Below, in pieces: positions 26,692 through 40,554 of a DNA stretch of 64,000 nucleotides. The notes under the pieces were generated by a model. The model searched no databases. It worked only from the letters and a program-made list of their open reading frames with translations, and had not been told where the DNA came from. The stretch is taken from positions 124,000,001 to 124,064,000 of the forward strand of contig OZ024745.1 of NCBI GenBank assembly GCA_964016885.1, read 5' to 3'. Numbering within the stretch: the first letter of the stretch is position 1; each line of letters starts with the position of its first letter. The position numbers were made by a program, and so were the translations under genes. The stretch is from Eledone cirrhosa. Taxonomy: Eukaryota.

Positions 26692-27151
26692 TCTAAACTA
26701 TAATAAAGTAAGGAGTGCGGGACTGTGTCCAGAATATATTTTTTTATCCCGTTTGTAAAATAATGAATGAATATTACATAATTTATCTACTAAATTTCGT
26801 TATTCTTCATTAAATATAAATAATTTTGTTACTGATTCGCTTCTTTAAAATTTTAAAATGTCAACACTTCCGGTTAGCGATCGCTTCAATAAACATTCAT
26901 ATATTTTTGTCACTAATTTTTCTCCTAATGCAGTTTATATATAATATCATCTTTTTTTAATTTATCATGGATTATATTACTGATTACATAAGACAGTGTA
27001 ACACAGTCTTCGTTCAATTTCTGTTTATGTTGTCAATTACAATTTTATTTGATGTATCATATCTACATGCATATATATACGTGCGTATAATATCAATATG
27101 CACACTACACATGCTAGCAGAAAACCAGCCGAACGGTGGTTTTCCTGCTAG
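26692..27151 (+). mobile_element. Non-autonomous Helitron
   Basis: A|TCTAAACTATAATAAAG start, 3' hairpin and CTAG|T end, no TSD; second copy at 59798-60563. Confidence 0.8.
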
Positions 27152-27274
27152 TATATATAATAAAGTAGGAGTTGATGCTGGTTGTAGAAAGCTTGACTCT
27201 AAAAAAATCTCATCTGACCCATGTAAGTAGGAAAAAAAACAAACAAAGCAAAAACATATATAAAAAAATCCATG

Positions 27275-27430
27275 ATAATAATGATGGTAGTAATGGTGAT
27301 GATGATGATGATGGTAATGATGATGATGATGATGATGATGATGATGGGGATTATGATGGTGATGATGGCAATGATGATGATGATGATAACGGTGATGATG
27401 ATGATAATGGTGATGGGGTAATGATGGTGT
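27275..27430. repeat. (GAT)n microsatellite
   Basis: Direct reading. Confidence 0.9.
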
Positions 27431-27967
27431 AGTGGAACTACGATGTACCTCGCAATAGCAACATTTTCATATGCAATAAGGTTAAACTGACCAATGGTAA
27501 ATCGCGTATGAATACATGGTCACTCTCTCTCTCTGATGAAAAACCAGAGTACAAGTAGAGACAAGGAGATGACTACGGAAGTGTGAAGAATTATTACAGA
27601 ATGACTCCTACTATATTCCTTTAGACAATAAAAATTATATTTATAGAGGATTGAGCGTTAAAGAGATATTTATTTATATCCTGGAAGTCAGAAGCATGTT
27701 ACTGTCTATATACAACTACCAACTCATCGACTAACGTATTTCTCTTATATCGTTTGTAAAAAAACAAGATCCTTAGAAGATTTTAACTTGCAGTTATAAA
27801 AAGATATAGGAAACATTTAACTTCTCATCCTATCTATAATGGTGATGTTGTCGTTGATGATGATGGTGATGATAATGATGATGATGTTAGAGTATTATCT
27901 GAGGTACTTCTTGACATGCTGTTTCAATATTCCAGCCTATGGCAATCTATCAGCTGTCCATATATAC

Positions 27968-28021
<54 letters not shown>

Positions 28022-28204
28022 GTATTTCCAACTCCATTTATTTCTCTTCTTGCTGACTTTGCGTTAGTTTCCCTTTCCTTCTTACCTAGCTTTTGGTAAA
28101 ATCGTTTTGGGTTAGAGTTGAACTGTTCGTTATTTCATAACGATGGATTCCTTGCAATTTGTGATGAATTAATGTTTCAGTGTATCTTTCATATTTTTTG
28201 TGCA

Positions 28205-28235
<31 letters not shown>

Positions 28236-28559
28236 CTTCTTCTTCTTGAGAGGAATAAGTGGACAACCCTCCTTCCAGCAGGTCCTGTCAGAAGCAACCA
28301 TCTCCAACTGATCCAGCTGGATCCTCAGCTCATGGAGGTTATCCAACCATCTTGCTTGGGGTCTACCCCTGGGTCTCCTGCCAATTGGTTTTGCCCTGTA
28401 ATATTCAAATTCATTTAATATCAAATTATCAATAACAGCCCCTAGTTCTATAATACAAACTGTTTTGTTATAAAATCTTTATATTTATCTAAAAGCCTTA
28501 CATCATAATTTTGTCTAAGAATCTTAATAATAAAAAAGTTAGTTATACAAATGTGGTAA

Positions 28560-29965
28560 TTGTCAGCACATCCTCCTCCACTATTAATCTGATCACCTAG
28601 GTAGTGAAAGTAGTCAACAACTTCTGTTGAGCTCTCCCTCAATCCTCATGGGGTATCTATTTCATGTGCTTTTTGTGTTTACTTCCCTTGTGCATCTGCT
28701 GCATGCAAAGTCTATTTTTTCTCTTAACCTACCTGCAATCCCACCACATCTCTTGTGCATCCATAATTTACATTGTATATACCTTATAGAATTTCTGCCC
28801 ACCCCTGTCTGACATATTGAACAAGGCTACTTTCTTGATGGTATAGCCTTCCTGTCTTCTTTTTTACTTTAAAACTTTCATCTTTGCTTAATTTACTTTT
28901 AGGCCCCTCAGCTCTAGGTTCTTCTTCCATGCTTGAAATTTTGCTTCTAACTCTCCTATGAATTCAACTATGTTAACTAGGTCATCAGCATTTATGACCT
29001 CCCATGGAGTGCCAGTTTTAAAGTACTCCGTCATGGCCTGAAGCACACTGATAAGCGGATTGATCCCTCATAGACTCCCACTTGCACTACAAATTCAATA
29101 CTATATTCATTGCCGATTTTCTCTCTGCTCCTCTATATATGGCCTACATGGCTAGCTTCCTAAGTGCCCACCAAATTATAGAGGGTGGGCCCCTGTGAAG
29201 GGCTTTCTCCAGATCAACAAATGCTAGATACAGTGGCTTACTCTCAGCTAAATACCTCTCTTGTAGTTGTCTCACCAGAAAAAGAGCATCCGTAATACCC
29301 ATCCAAGGCATAAATCTGAACTGCATTTCATCTGAACTGATTCTGTCTCTAATTATCTGTGCTATAATCCTTTCAGCAACTTCTATGATCTAGTCCATTA
29401 ACTTGATGGTTCTATAGCTACATCTCTCTAGTGCCTCCCCTTTGCTCCTGTAGCAATTTACGACACTGCTATGTCAGTCATTGGGTATGATACCATCCTG
29501 TACTACTTGATGAACTAACTCTTATCCTACCATGCCAGATGCATTTACCATCTCAGCAACTATAGTGGATGGTCTAGCTGCTTTGCCTACCGCTATGTCC
29601 TTAATTGCTTTATCTATTATACTGTTGTCAATTGTTATGGCCGACCCTCAGTAAGATCTGCATGTGGTAGACCATCATTTTCCCATTTATCTACCTCACC
29701 CAGCAGTCTCTCATAATATGTCTTCCATACCTCCTTCTTTTCAGCTTCAGACATGGCAAATGCTCCACTGTCATTCCAGACACAGTTTTCTTTAACCACA
29801 TCACAATTTTCTCTAGCACACTGTATCAGAATCCTGAACACTTCTTGCTTCTGATCTTCACAGCACAGAAAATGTGCAAACTTCCACTTTTCTGTCCCTC
29901 CCCTTACTATCTAGCATTGCTTTCTGTCTCCTCCATTTCTCCATATTAATGGCTCTTTCTACCTT
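28560..29965 (-). mobile_element. Degenerate RTE LINE fragment (RT region)
   Basis: MQFRFMP..ITDALFLVRQLQERYL..LYLAFVDLEKA and VVDYFHYLGDQI motifs, with stops and frameshifts. Confidence 0.85.
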
Positions 29966-29984
29966 GTCATATATATATATATCA

Positions 29985-30219
29985 TCATCATCATCATCAT
30001 CCTCGTTTAACGTCCACTTTCCACGCTAGCATGGGTTAGACGGGGGTTGTCCCACTTGAGGTAAGGTTGGTCGTGTCTGAAATAAAGAGGGGTCCTTGTA
30101 TGCTCGTCTTGCAGCGGGAGGTGAATTTATCTTTATCTGTGACATTGTCATTGAGTGCTTAGACTTTTCAAATTTCCGCAGTCAAGCCATCAAACAGGTC
30201 TAAACTTAAGGAGTAGTAA

Positions 30220-30220
<1 letters not shown>
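29985..30220 (-). mobile_element. Internally deleted mini-RTE (5' region joined to 3' terminus)
   Basis: 29985-30075 matches the RTE 3' end at 42349-42435; 30078-30200 matches RTE 44386-44510. Confidence 0.7.
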
Positions 30221-30284
<64 letters not shown>

Positions 30285-30310
30285 TAGCGTGGAAGATAGA
30301 TGTTAAACGA

Positions 30311-30428
30311 TAATTGTTTCTACTATTGGCACAAGGCCAGAAATAACCCAGTACATTACTGGTACTTTATTTTATCGACCCCGTTAGGATGAAAGGCAAA
30401 GTTAACCTCGGCGGGATTTGAACTCAGA
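30311..30428 (-). mobile_element. SINE family A
   Basis: Core and B box present. Confidence 0.8.
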
Positions 30429-30453
30429 TGTTAAACGATAATGATGATGATGA

Positions 30454-30530
<77 letters not shown>

Positions 30531-31230
30531 AGTCCTTCGTTCAATCGGCGTTAACCACAGTAAGTAAGTACCCAATACATAGTAGAGTATTTACAACTAA
30601 ATATAAATAAATAAATATATATATATATATATTAAAATAACAGTTTCAAATTTATTATTACTATATATATATATATATATATATATAGATAATTTAATAT
30701 ATCTACTAACATAAGCGCACAGATGTACGCTAATGCCAGCAAATACACAGGTTATGTCATAGTACCTAGGTGGTTCAATGCATAGTAGATATATTAAATT
30801 ATCTATATTTATCTCCAAATCACTGATTTGTCGAGCAAACCTGCCAAAACCACTTCTAAATTTTTTTGGGGGTGTTAGTAGGCGTCTGTCATCTTACCAT
30901 CCCATTCCTACTGACTAGCCTCTGTGTCACGTGATTGATTCTTTAGAATCGGCCATATGACCAGTGGCAGTGAGAAGTTTTCAGTGCCTGGAATCCAGTC
31001 CTCGATAGCTGTTCCATTTACCGAATTATTATTATTTTTATATGAGTCCCCAGTGTCCGCGCATTGCCTGGAGACTTGGCTGAGAATAGATCTCCCTGAT
31101 GACGCAATGAAATTCTCAACAGTTCATTACGTAACTGTCTTTATCCCATTGCAGAAACTAATTAGTTGGAGTGAAAATTTAAGTAAGTTAATTTTTAAAA
31201 AATTTTTTTAAAAAGTTTTCTTATTTTACG

Positions 31231-31270
<40 letters not shown>

Positions 31271-31272
<2 letters not shown>

Positions 31273-31471
31273 CGAAGGAAATGTGGTAAGGAACCAGGTG
31301 GATCATAACGCACCAAAGTACTCAATACTTAGGGTAGTAGAGTGGGTAATAGGAACCAGTAAGACCCCGACGGCTGAGCTCAAGCCGTTTCGGCGGCTAA
31401 TTCTGGACTAATTTTAGTCCAGAATTAGCCGTCGAAACGGCTTGAGCTCAGCCGTCGGGGTCTTACTGGTT

Positions 31472-31474
<3 letters not shown>
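31271..31474. mobile_element. Fold-back element carrying the 3' half of a hammerhead
   Basis: Palindrome centred at about 31412; GAAA-CGGCT(TGAGCTC)AGCCG-TC stem III with GUC; between (TA)n tracts. Confidence 0.7.
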
Positions 31475-31515
<41 letters not shown>

Positions 31516-34056
31516 GTATGAATTGAAGTTGTAGCTGCCATATATATTCAATCACAGGGATTTTTCATATTTAATGAAAGGTAGTCTTTCCTGAAAATGA
31601 CATTGTATACTTTTGTATTATCAAGAACGTTATGTTGCCAGGAGTGAGGAGGCAAAATCGTAATGGCATTTTGGTACAGCTGCTGATAACATAGGTGATG
31701 TCTTCCACAGAAAATGCGTCATATTCATTGTTTTTGTTTGTATCTCAGAGCTTGGTGGACATCAGTTTCAAGTGATTTAAAAATGTCTTACTTGTAACAT
31801 TAAAATGCAAGTGGTAGTATATTTTATTGTCATGTGTACACTAAATTCAATTTTCAGGAAAATTCAGGATAACCCAGTGTGTGACAAATACCCTCCATCA
31901 GATTGGATTCTAAAAGAGTTTCTGTCTACCTTTGTGAGTTTCACTCACAAAACATTGGTTGACTTGAGGCTACAGTAAAAGAAACAGGGTCAAGATGCTA
32001 GTGAGAGAAATCAAACATAGGACTTTATGATTTTGAAGAAAGCTTCTTGACCATTTGACCGTACTTCCCCTAATTATCAGCATTCATTAGATTAAATTTA
32101 CTACATCACGCCTTTTCACTATTTTGACACTTAAAGGTTCATCTTCGACCTAAAGAAAGTGTCAAATGAAGGCTACATGCTTTGTTCATTTGACTCTTTA
32201 TAGATCAAAACGTATAGAAACAATATCAAACAAAAGATTATATCAGAGTATTATTAAAGTCGTTAAAAGATTCTTTTTAACAGAAGGATGCAGAGGTTAA
32301 ATAATCTATTTTCTAGATAAATAATCTTAGAAATGTTCAATTCTTCTTCTTCTCTATCTCTCTCTCTGTAGATCACATCAGATAAACTATTCATTTGAAT
32401 TTCATTTGACTGCAAGTGTCTAATAGACAGGAAATTCTTCAGCAGTATAGTCTTCTGGGACATCTGTATTAGACAATATCCTTCTATTTGATGCCACCTC
32501 AGAACCAAAGCAATTTGGTTCATTCACTTGCAGATGACATACATGTTTATTAATGAACTAATGATTATAAAATATTTCTTTTTCTCTCTTGACTCAGGCT
32601 TCCTGTTGCACACACACACACACACACACATACTCATAGTCATACACACATGCACGCAGACTCACAGACACATACTCATACACACACATATCACACATGT
32701 ACACACATATGCACACACACATACATACATAAATTCATGCATGCATACACACCGTACTACAGTCAACGCGATCAGTCGCATATTTTGGCGTGGGAGATTG
32801 TTTATTAAATTTAAGATGAATACTATCTCCGAAAGTAATGCCACAACTACCAGTCATATCTTTTGAAGACACCTTTTATTCGAATTCGTAGAGATATCTG
32901 ACTAAATACATAGTTCATTTTACAAGTATTTGCTACAAACAGCATGGCTGAACACAACATCAACAATAACAATATCAGTGGAATACCAAAGAAAAACGAG
33001 AAAGGTAAACAAAATGTATTCAGTTGTAGCTACAGAAGAAACCGAAATTATAAATCGCATTTCTCTTGGAGTTGCGAACTTGATGATTTATTTCATTGTT
33101 ATAAAATGGCAAAAAACACTCCCTCCATTGGCTATATGAACAGAATGAAGCTACACTGGGACGAAATACACCCAGAGCTAAATCACTTAATAGCGAAACA
33201 ATTACGCCAACAAGCGACGTTTGTTGATCGTAAAAATAAGACAAATATTATTAATTGTAAGTCCCCCACAACAAACATGGAATCAACAACACGTGCTACC
33301 GGTCGCCATGCTACTAAACTTCCTAGCAGCCAGGTCGAACAGTGCTTGAAACAATTATGCCTGTAAGAAACTTGATACCACCTGTACCATCTAAGTCTAC
33401 CTCGAATGCTGGGGAAAACACTATCGATAATAATAATAATCGAACAAATTTGACACCACGTGCACCCTCCGAGTCTACCTCAACTATTGTGGAAAATACT
33501 ATCGATAATGATAATAATCAAAAGTATAAACAATTGAAAATTTCCCTCAACGAAATCTTCCAGAGAGAAATTAATTCATGTATAAATATCTCTCTTGCTG
33601 AACGTATTAAAACAGCAATATTTAATAAAAAAAAAAAAAAAAATAATGAAATATTACGTGTTATTGACGAAATAGGGGATGAATATTTACGACGGATAAA
33701 AACCCCAACATCTGGGCAAATCAACGCCTGTTTATATGCCTTAGCAACGACAGTGAAACATTATCTTGGTGATAGCAGAGATATTAACAAGAACAAAACA
33801 CCACCAAAAATACCATCATATATAACTAAAATAGAAAAAAAGATTGCTGACCATAGGATATGTGACAATGCTTCTTACATTCAAACAAACACAAAAAACC
33901 TCACTCTTCACCAACAAAGAGAGAAAAATAAAATTGAGACGATGTTTGGTAACAGTAGAACCAGAACTCTTCAATATAAGCTGATCACCCTCAAACAAGA
34001 ATTGAGAGCTGTTAGCGAAAAACGCCGATACCTGAAGAAAGGTAGATGAAAGAAAA

Positions 34057-35282
34057 GTGCTTAAAACATTCAGACGAAACCAAACATCAGTCTATAGAGA
34101 TATGAAGGGCAAAATAATAAGTGTCACTGAGGCCCCATCCCAGAAAGACATAGATTCCTTTTGGAGAAAAATATGGGGTAAAAAGAAGAATTTCAACCAA
34201 GATGCAGTGTGGCTAAAAGAAATCCGAAAGAACTATTGCTCCTACACTACAACAAAAACATACGAAATAAGTGAGGGTACTCTTGAGACTGTAATAGGAA
34301 AACTCCAAGATAAGAAAACACCAGGAAGAGACATGATTGTCAGCTACTGGTACAAAAAACTGATATTTTATCGGAGGTATCTTACTGACCTCTACCAACA
34401 AGTTCTTAAGGGAGATGCACTTATACCAGAATGGTTGACATTAGCACAAACATTACTGGTCCCCAAGAACAAAGACACCCACTTGGCAAAAAACTACCGA
34501 CCCATTGCATGCCAGAACCTGATGTATAAGATGTATACAGCCTGCTTGAACCTATTCCTCCAAGATCACTGTGAAAATAATAACATCATCACAGATGAAC
34601 AAGCAACTGGAAAGAAGGGGGTTTGGGGATGTGCTGAACAACTCCTAATCAACAAAACTGCGATGTCGGAGGTGCGACAACTTAGGAGGAATATGGCTAC
34701 AGTCTGGATGGACTACAGGAAAGCTTTTGATTATGTTCCTCACTCTTGGATGATAGAGGCCCTCCAACTTGCTAAAGTCCCAGACATTATTTTCAGAGCC
34801 ATAGAGAAGCTGTCTTCTTCTTGGGCTACTATCTTAAAGTTAAAGACAGAGAGGGAGGACTCTATTTTCACTGATAAAATAAAATATCACAGGGGTATAT
34901 TTCAAGGAGACAGTCTCTCTGTGATATTATTCATCCTGTCATTAAACCCCTTGTCCTTTCTGCTCAAGAAATGTGACGGAAACATCGTTGGCTCACAGGA
35001 GGACAGAAATACGAACCTAACCTATAATTTCTTTGTGGATGATCTGAAACTCTATGCCAAGAACATGGATGGAATGAAGAAAAATCTTGACCTGGTTACA
35101 ACGTTCTCAAAGGATGTAGGAATGGAGTTTGGCCAAGATAAATGCTCATATATGACTGGAAAGCGGGGTAAAACAACAACCCAATCTAGCAACATCGTCA
35201 TCAATGGCCTAACTGTTTCACCAATATCTGATGAGGACTGCTACAGATACCTGGGGATAGATGAGAACATATCTTATAATGG
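34057..35282 (+). pseudogene. Reverse transcriptase domain of the R4-clade LINE
   Basis: Open RT frame up to the LTR insertion at ENISYNG. Confidence 0.85.
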
Positions 35283-35671
35283 TGTAGCAAGAGTTGCCTC
35301 CCTTGTTATGACGATCCCATCACCAGTAGCGCTCTCTAGACAGGAAGTAGCTGGAGTTACTTCCCGTTGAGGTGGCAGAACCTTCTTTGTTACTTCCGTC
35401 CGGGGAACTATAAAGGAGATAGCTGAAAGCTATCTTCCTCTCTTTTAATCTGCCTGGCCCTTCAGCCAGGCGCGTTCCGCCGAGGGTATACTCTCTGGCA
35501 ACCTGAACATGGTAATGTAAAGACCTCTTGGTCTCTTGCGTGCTGACTTCAAAACGGTAACAACTAACTTTAATTCATCCTTTCATCTCTCTTGTCATGT
35601 CAACTATTCTGCTTTACATAGCTCAACCTTGTTAAATAAACATTGTACATACAACCCAGTGTCCTGTTATA
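35283..35671 (+). mobile_element. Solo LTR (probably Gypsy) inserted in the R4 RT
   Basis: TGTAGCA...TGTTATA ends, 4-bp TSD ATGG, TATAAA at about 35409, AATAAA at 35635; removing it restores YNGIC. Confidence 0.8.
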
Positions 35672-37224
35672 ATGGTATCTGTAATAAGGAACGCGTAACC
35701 AGGGAATACTACACCCGATCAAGAAAAATATGGTCATCGGAACTCTTTGCACAAAACAAAACAGTGGCTCACAATGTGTTTGCTGTGCCTGTCCTAACAC
35801 CAACGTTTGAAATACTCAAGTGGATGATAAATGAAATCCGAGCAGTTGATGTTAGAACTCGAAAAATTCTAAACAACACCAGAAACTTCCACATCAACAG
35901 TGACATAGACCGCTATTACTTGTAACGTAAGCAGGGAGGCAGAGGCCTAACATCAGTCCAGACAGCATTTGAATGTAGGATCATATCCCTCCGACAGCAT
36001 CTTCGAAGCGTAGGAGCCCGTCTCTCGAGCAAGTCTATCTGCATGAAGCAGATAAGATCATGAGAGTTGGGAAGGAACTTCTCGAGATATATTCCCTGTG
36101 TGATAATCAAAATTTCACACCCAGGGAAGTCGCTCAGCAGTATCGCAGTGAATTCATGGATGAAAAACTGCATGCTTATCAGCAAAAAATCATGCATGGA
36201 TATGTTGCCAGGAAGCTCCAGAGTGAGAGTAATATAGATAAGGAAAGTAGTCTATCTTGGACCAACAACCGCTATATTGGCTCCCACTTTGAAGGATAAG
36301 CTTTTGCAATCCAAGAACGGGAAATTAACATGAAATATCTGTTTCACAAAAGTGATAGGGATGCAGGCAAAACACCTAGATGTGATAACAAGTGCAGACT
36401 CTGCATAATTAACATCGAAAATGTCACCCATGTCATCAGCAGCTGTCCAAAGATGTCATCGCGGTACTATCTACCTATGAGGCATGATGTAGTGGCCAAA
36501 ACACTATAATGCAATCCGTAGAAAAGATAGCCCCGATAATAAACACATTAAAAGCTACAGCAATGTGGAAGACATCCATATACATAATATAAAAGAGTAA
36601 TGGTGGAATGTTCCAGTAAAAACCCCAAATAAAATGAAGACATAACAGACCAGATATTATATGGGACAGGGAAAAGAAAGCATGCATAGTAGTGGAAGTT
36701 AGCTGCCCAGCAGATGCCAATATAATATCAAAGATTAGTGAAAAGGAGAATATTTATGCAGAACTGATGAGAAATCTGCAGATACTCCACCCTGATTACA
36801 CCTTCAGATTTATGCCTGTGATTATTGGGGCACTGGGATATGTTAGTAACTGCCTCAATACAAATCTTGAGAAGCTAGGCCTCACAGAAACAGAAAGAAC
36901 ACAACTAGTTAGGAAATTACAAGTACAATCCATTAATGGAACAGTAAAAATATGTAAAACATTCCAAAAATTTTGCATCTAATAACTGCATATACACATG
37001 TACAGATACAAAGAATATACACATGCACACATACAACTCAAAACATCCACATCCACACATACAATAACATCCATATCTACACATGCATGCATGCATAATC
37101 TACATAGTTGATGTGTAAATTCGAATGAGAGAGTCTTGTGTCTATGTTAGAAACCGACTCTCTCTCTATTGGGAACAAATTTATGAAATTATACAACCAG
37201 AAGAACATCCATACATACATAAAT

Positions 37225-37562
37225 GGTGGTGGCTGCCAACTTGTTTTCGAGTACGGCCACTACTTTATATCCATGTAGGAGAACGTCTACCGATGTGCTG
37301 AACGAGTGTGACTTTTTAGCCCAGCCAGCGACTTGAAAACTCTGGTACAAACACTACACTTGTGACAATTATTGACACATAGTGCTGGGCCCATGGTGCA
37401 GAGAGATCTCCAGATATAAAGCAATGCTTGTGCCGTGAAGCTTTTATAGTGAGCAAAGGCACTGCACAAAGCCAGTCCCACTCTCTTAACCAAGATGATA
37501 TTTACCAAAAAGAAGAACAAGTCAACATCATTGGATACCATCAGGGTTGCAGGTGTTATATC
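37225..37562. mobile_element. LINE-derived fragment with a C2H2-like knuckle; dispersed copy at 63910-64000
   Basis: - strand CSVCTRVFKSLAGLKSHTRSAH; 37472-37562 is the reverse complement of 63910-64000. Confidence 0.55.
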
Positions 37563-38571
37563 ATACATAAATACACATATACATACATACATAATACATA
37601 TATACATACATACATGCACTTCCACACGGATTGATCTGTCTAGAAATGTTCTAATTACACACACTCTATAAGGCAAAACATGGAGTGGTGCCCTAGCATG
37701 GTCATAATCAAATGATTGATACCAATCAAAGAATACATGTTACAAACCTCATGCACACATACATATACACATGAGGACATACACAGAATTTAAAGGAATA
37801 AAATAAAATATCTGTAATCTAACGATCATTATTAATAATATAGCTCATTAGATGAATTCATATATTTATTTGTATTAAATAGCGTTGTATTCTTTTATGT
37901 CTAAGATGTTTTGATGTCTAATGAAGCAGGACCACCTTATTAACTTTAGGTTCATCTGCTGCCCCTAATCTGACTTGTGTTATATATTAAATTCCTCATT
38001 AAACTCTTAAGTATTATGAGTGATAATAATGGCTGCAAACTCTGCGAAGAGTTTTGCAATTGCTTGTCAGATTACAGAAAATGGTGCACTTTTATGCTAC
38101 AGCCAGCCACACGAACCTGTAACAGATCCTGAACAAAGAATTGCTGTGCTTTGAAGGTTTTTTAAGTGGGGATGGGCATTGCACTCGACTAATCTCACTC
38201 TCTGAGCATCGAAAACACTACCTGAAAAGGAGAACTGGTCAACATCATCGGATGCTTCCGAAGCCGCAGGTTTTTTTTCGGAGTTTCCCTCTCCTATAAT
38301 AGAGGTGTATATAAAGACATATATGATATGCTTATGTATAACTAGGATTTTTTTCAACACACTAATTCATATCTGAATATGTGTCAGCGTGTGTATATGT
38401 GCATATGCATACATTTATATGTATGCACATACAAATTTAAATGTGCAAACACAGACACATCATCATCTTCATCATCATCATCATCATTGTTTAATGTCTA
38501 TCTTCCACGCTTCTAACACACATACATTCACACAAACACATACACACAGCATAACAAATGGAATACCAGCT

Positions 38572-38803
38572 GCTATTTTGCTATAGTTTTTTCACCCCCC
38601 CCCCCTTCATTTACACAGGCAGCAGATGTAAAGAGAGAGGAGTAGTGTGAGGTAGTCAAACTACTCCTCTCTTTTCATGTTTGCTATAGTTTTTTCACCA
38701 CCCCCTTCCTTCCCTTTACACACACATACATTTACACAGGCAGCAGATGTAAAGAGAGAGGAGTAGTGTGAGGTAGTCAAACTAATCCTCTCTTTTCATG
38801 TTT
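38572..38803. repeat. Local tandem duplication (about 110-120 bp)
   Basis: catttacacaggcagcagatgtaaagagagaggagtagtgtgaggtagtcaaact occurs twice. Confidence 0.85.
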
Positions 38804-38832
38804 GGTGACAGAATTGCTGACATTTATATATA

Positions 38833-39117
38833 AACATAGAATAAGGAAATACAAAGTTTACATGATAAAGTCCTTTAAGACTGTAATACATATTTCTATG
38901 ATGACAATTGCCACGCGATTCGGCGTAGTACCCACTGCCATGATCTTGTCAGACAGCATCTTACATAATAGTAACCTTATTATGTAAGATGCTGTCTGAC
39001 AAGATCATGGCAGTGGGTGCTACGCTGTATCGCGTGGCCACTGTCACCACTGAAATATGTATAATGGCCTTATCAATAAAGGACTTTATCATCTAAACTT
39101 TGTATTTCTTTATTCTA
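38833..39117. mobile_element. Older fold-back element with the 3' half of a hammerhead
   Basis: Inverted repeat centred at about 38974; GAAATATGTATA at 39052 is identical to the 26003 hammerhead stem III. Confidence 0.6.
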
Positions 39118-39746
39118 AAAATACTGTCACTCATCATCATCATCATCATCACCACCACCGTTTTATGTCCGTTTCTCCACGCAAGCATGGGTTAGACGGG
39201 TTGTCCTGTTGTGGGCAATGTCTGGTCGGCTGACCTTGTCTTGCTCATACAGGAACTGATTTTGGCTTGATTTCTACAGCTGGATGCCCTTCCTAACACC
39301 AACCTCATTTACAGTGAGTGCTGGGTGCTTTTTTGCCGTGGCACCTCCATGACCACTTTACAGTGGAATGATAGGGACCCCAGTCCCTATCATCTCATTT
39401 TTACAGCTGAGTAAATTGGAGCAATGTAAAATAAAGTGTCTTGCTCAAGGAAACAACACATCACCCGGTCCGAGAATTGAACTCACAACCTTTCGATTGC
39501 AAGCCCAATGCTCTAACCACTAAGCCATGTGCCTTCACTCCTATGTGGAAAATGCACGTTGAATTCTCGAATTGAATGACATCAATGTATTACTGTATAG
39601 ATAAACATACATATATTTCACTTCAATAGCAGTGTAAGAATGCCAGACACGAGTGTTTTAATATGTTTTATTCATCATTGGTGTTGATTACTCATTCAGT
39701 ACTGTTAGTACTGATACAAATTCATCCAAGCCAGTCAAACTCATAT

Positions 39747-39940
39747 TAGGGTGGTGGATTGGCAGTATCGGTAAAGGGTCTGATGCCATGCTTTGCAGCA
39801 AAGAGTTACGGCTCTTTATGGTTTGAGTTCAAATCCCGCCAAGGTTAACTTTGCCTCTCATCCTTACGGAGTCGATAAAATTAAGTACCAGTAATACACT
39901 AGGGTAATTGCTGGCCTTGTACCAAAAGTAGAAACAATTA
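39747..39940 (+). mobile_element. SINE family A, full length
   Basis: TGGCAGTATCGG A box, GAGTTCAAATCCC B box, core, gtagaaacaatta end; further copies 50552-50735, 60290-60472, 63288-63470. Confidence 0.85.
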
Positions 39941-40488
39941 TATACAAAATGAGAATCTCCAGTAGTTGTTTTATACACAAAACTTATATATGCTATTATT
40001 GTACTCCTGATATAAAATTGTTAATAACTTTGTTAATTATTGATCAATTTTCATAAAACCTGTTTTATTATGAACAGTATAATGGTAGAAGTACAATACA
40101 GTGCTAAGATTCTACATAGGCACCAGCATTGTCCACAAGTAGTACAGTTGTCTGAGTATATCCTCGACTGATTTCATAAAGAACTCAGGCGGTATGTTGA
40201 TCAGTACATGACAATTGTGTTTCTGAGTCAGTTTTTGGTTTTGAGCTATAAACGTCTTCCTTTACCCACATCCACAGGAAAAAAAATCACCTGGCCATTC
40301 ATGTAGACCTCATTAACGCAGCCAACATCCTGTAAATTGGACATCAAGCTACTCATAGACAGTGCATGCAAAATGAGTTGGGGTCACACCTTGCATGAAT
40401 ATGAGGAGATTAATGTTGTCCCAAGTAGTCATAGTATGCCAAAAGTTATAAGTAATTTTAAATAGGGAGTTTCTTTCGACCCAGCCTG

Positions 40489-40551
<63 letters not shown>

Positions 40552-40554
<3 letters not shown>

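Larger units (their letters stand above)
32930..37210 (+). mobile_element. Near full-length R4/Dong-clade non-LTR retrotransposon, inactivated
   Basis: RT motifs NYRPIAC, WMDYRKAFD, GIFQGDSLS, FFVDDLKLY, YRYLG; CRLC..H...C knuckle, RHD, HNRPDI, VEVSCP REL endonuclease; multiple stops and frameshifts; ends at catccatacatac. Confidence 0.9.

Noticed and set aside
27533-27560. CTGATGA motif
   Set aside because: No downstream stem II-GAAA-stem III arrangement
31096-31115. CTGATGA-CGCAAT-GAAA hammerhead-like core
   Set aside because: No convincing stems I, II or III; the region may be a decayed LINE endonuclease fragment (ETWL motif)
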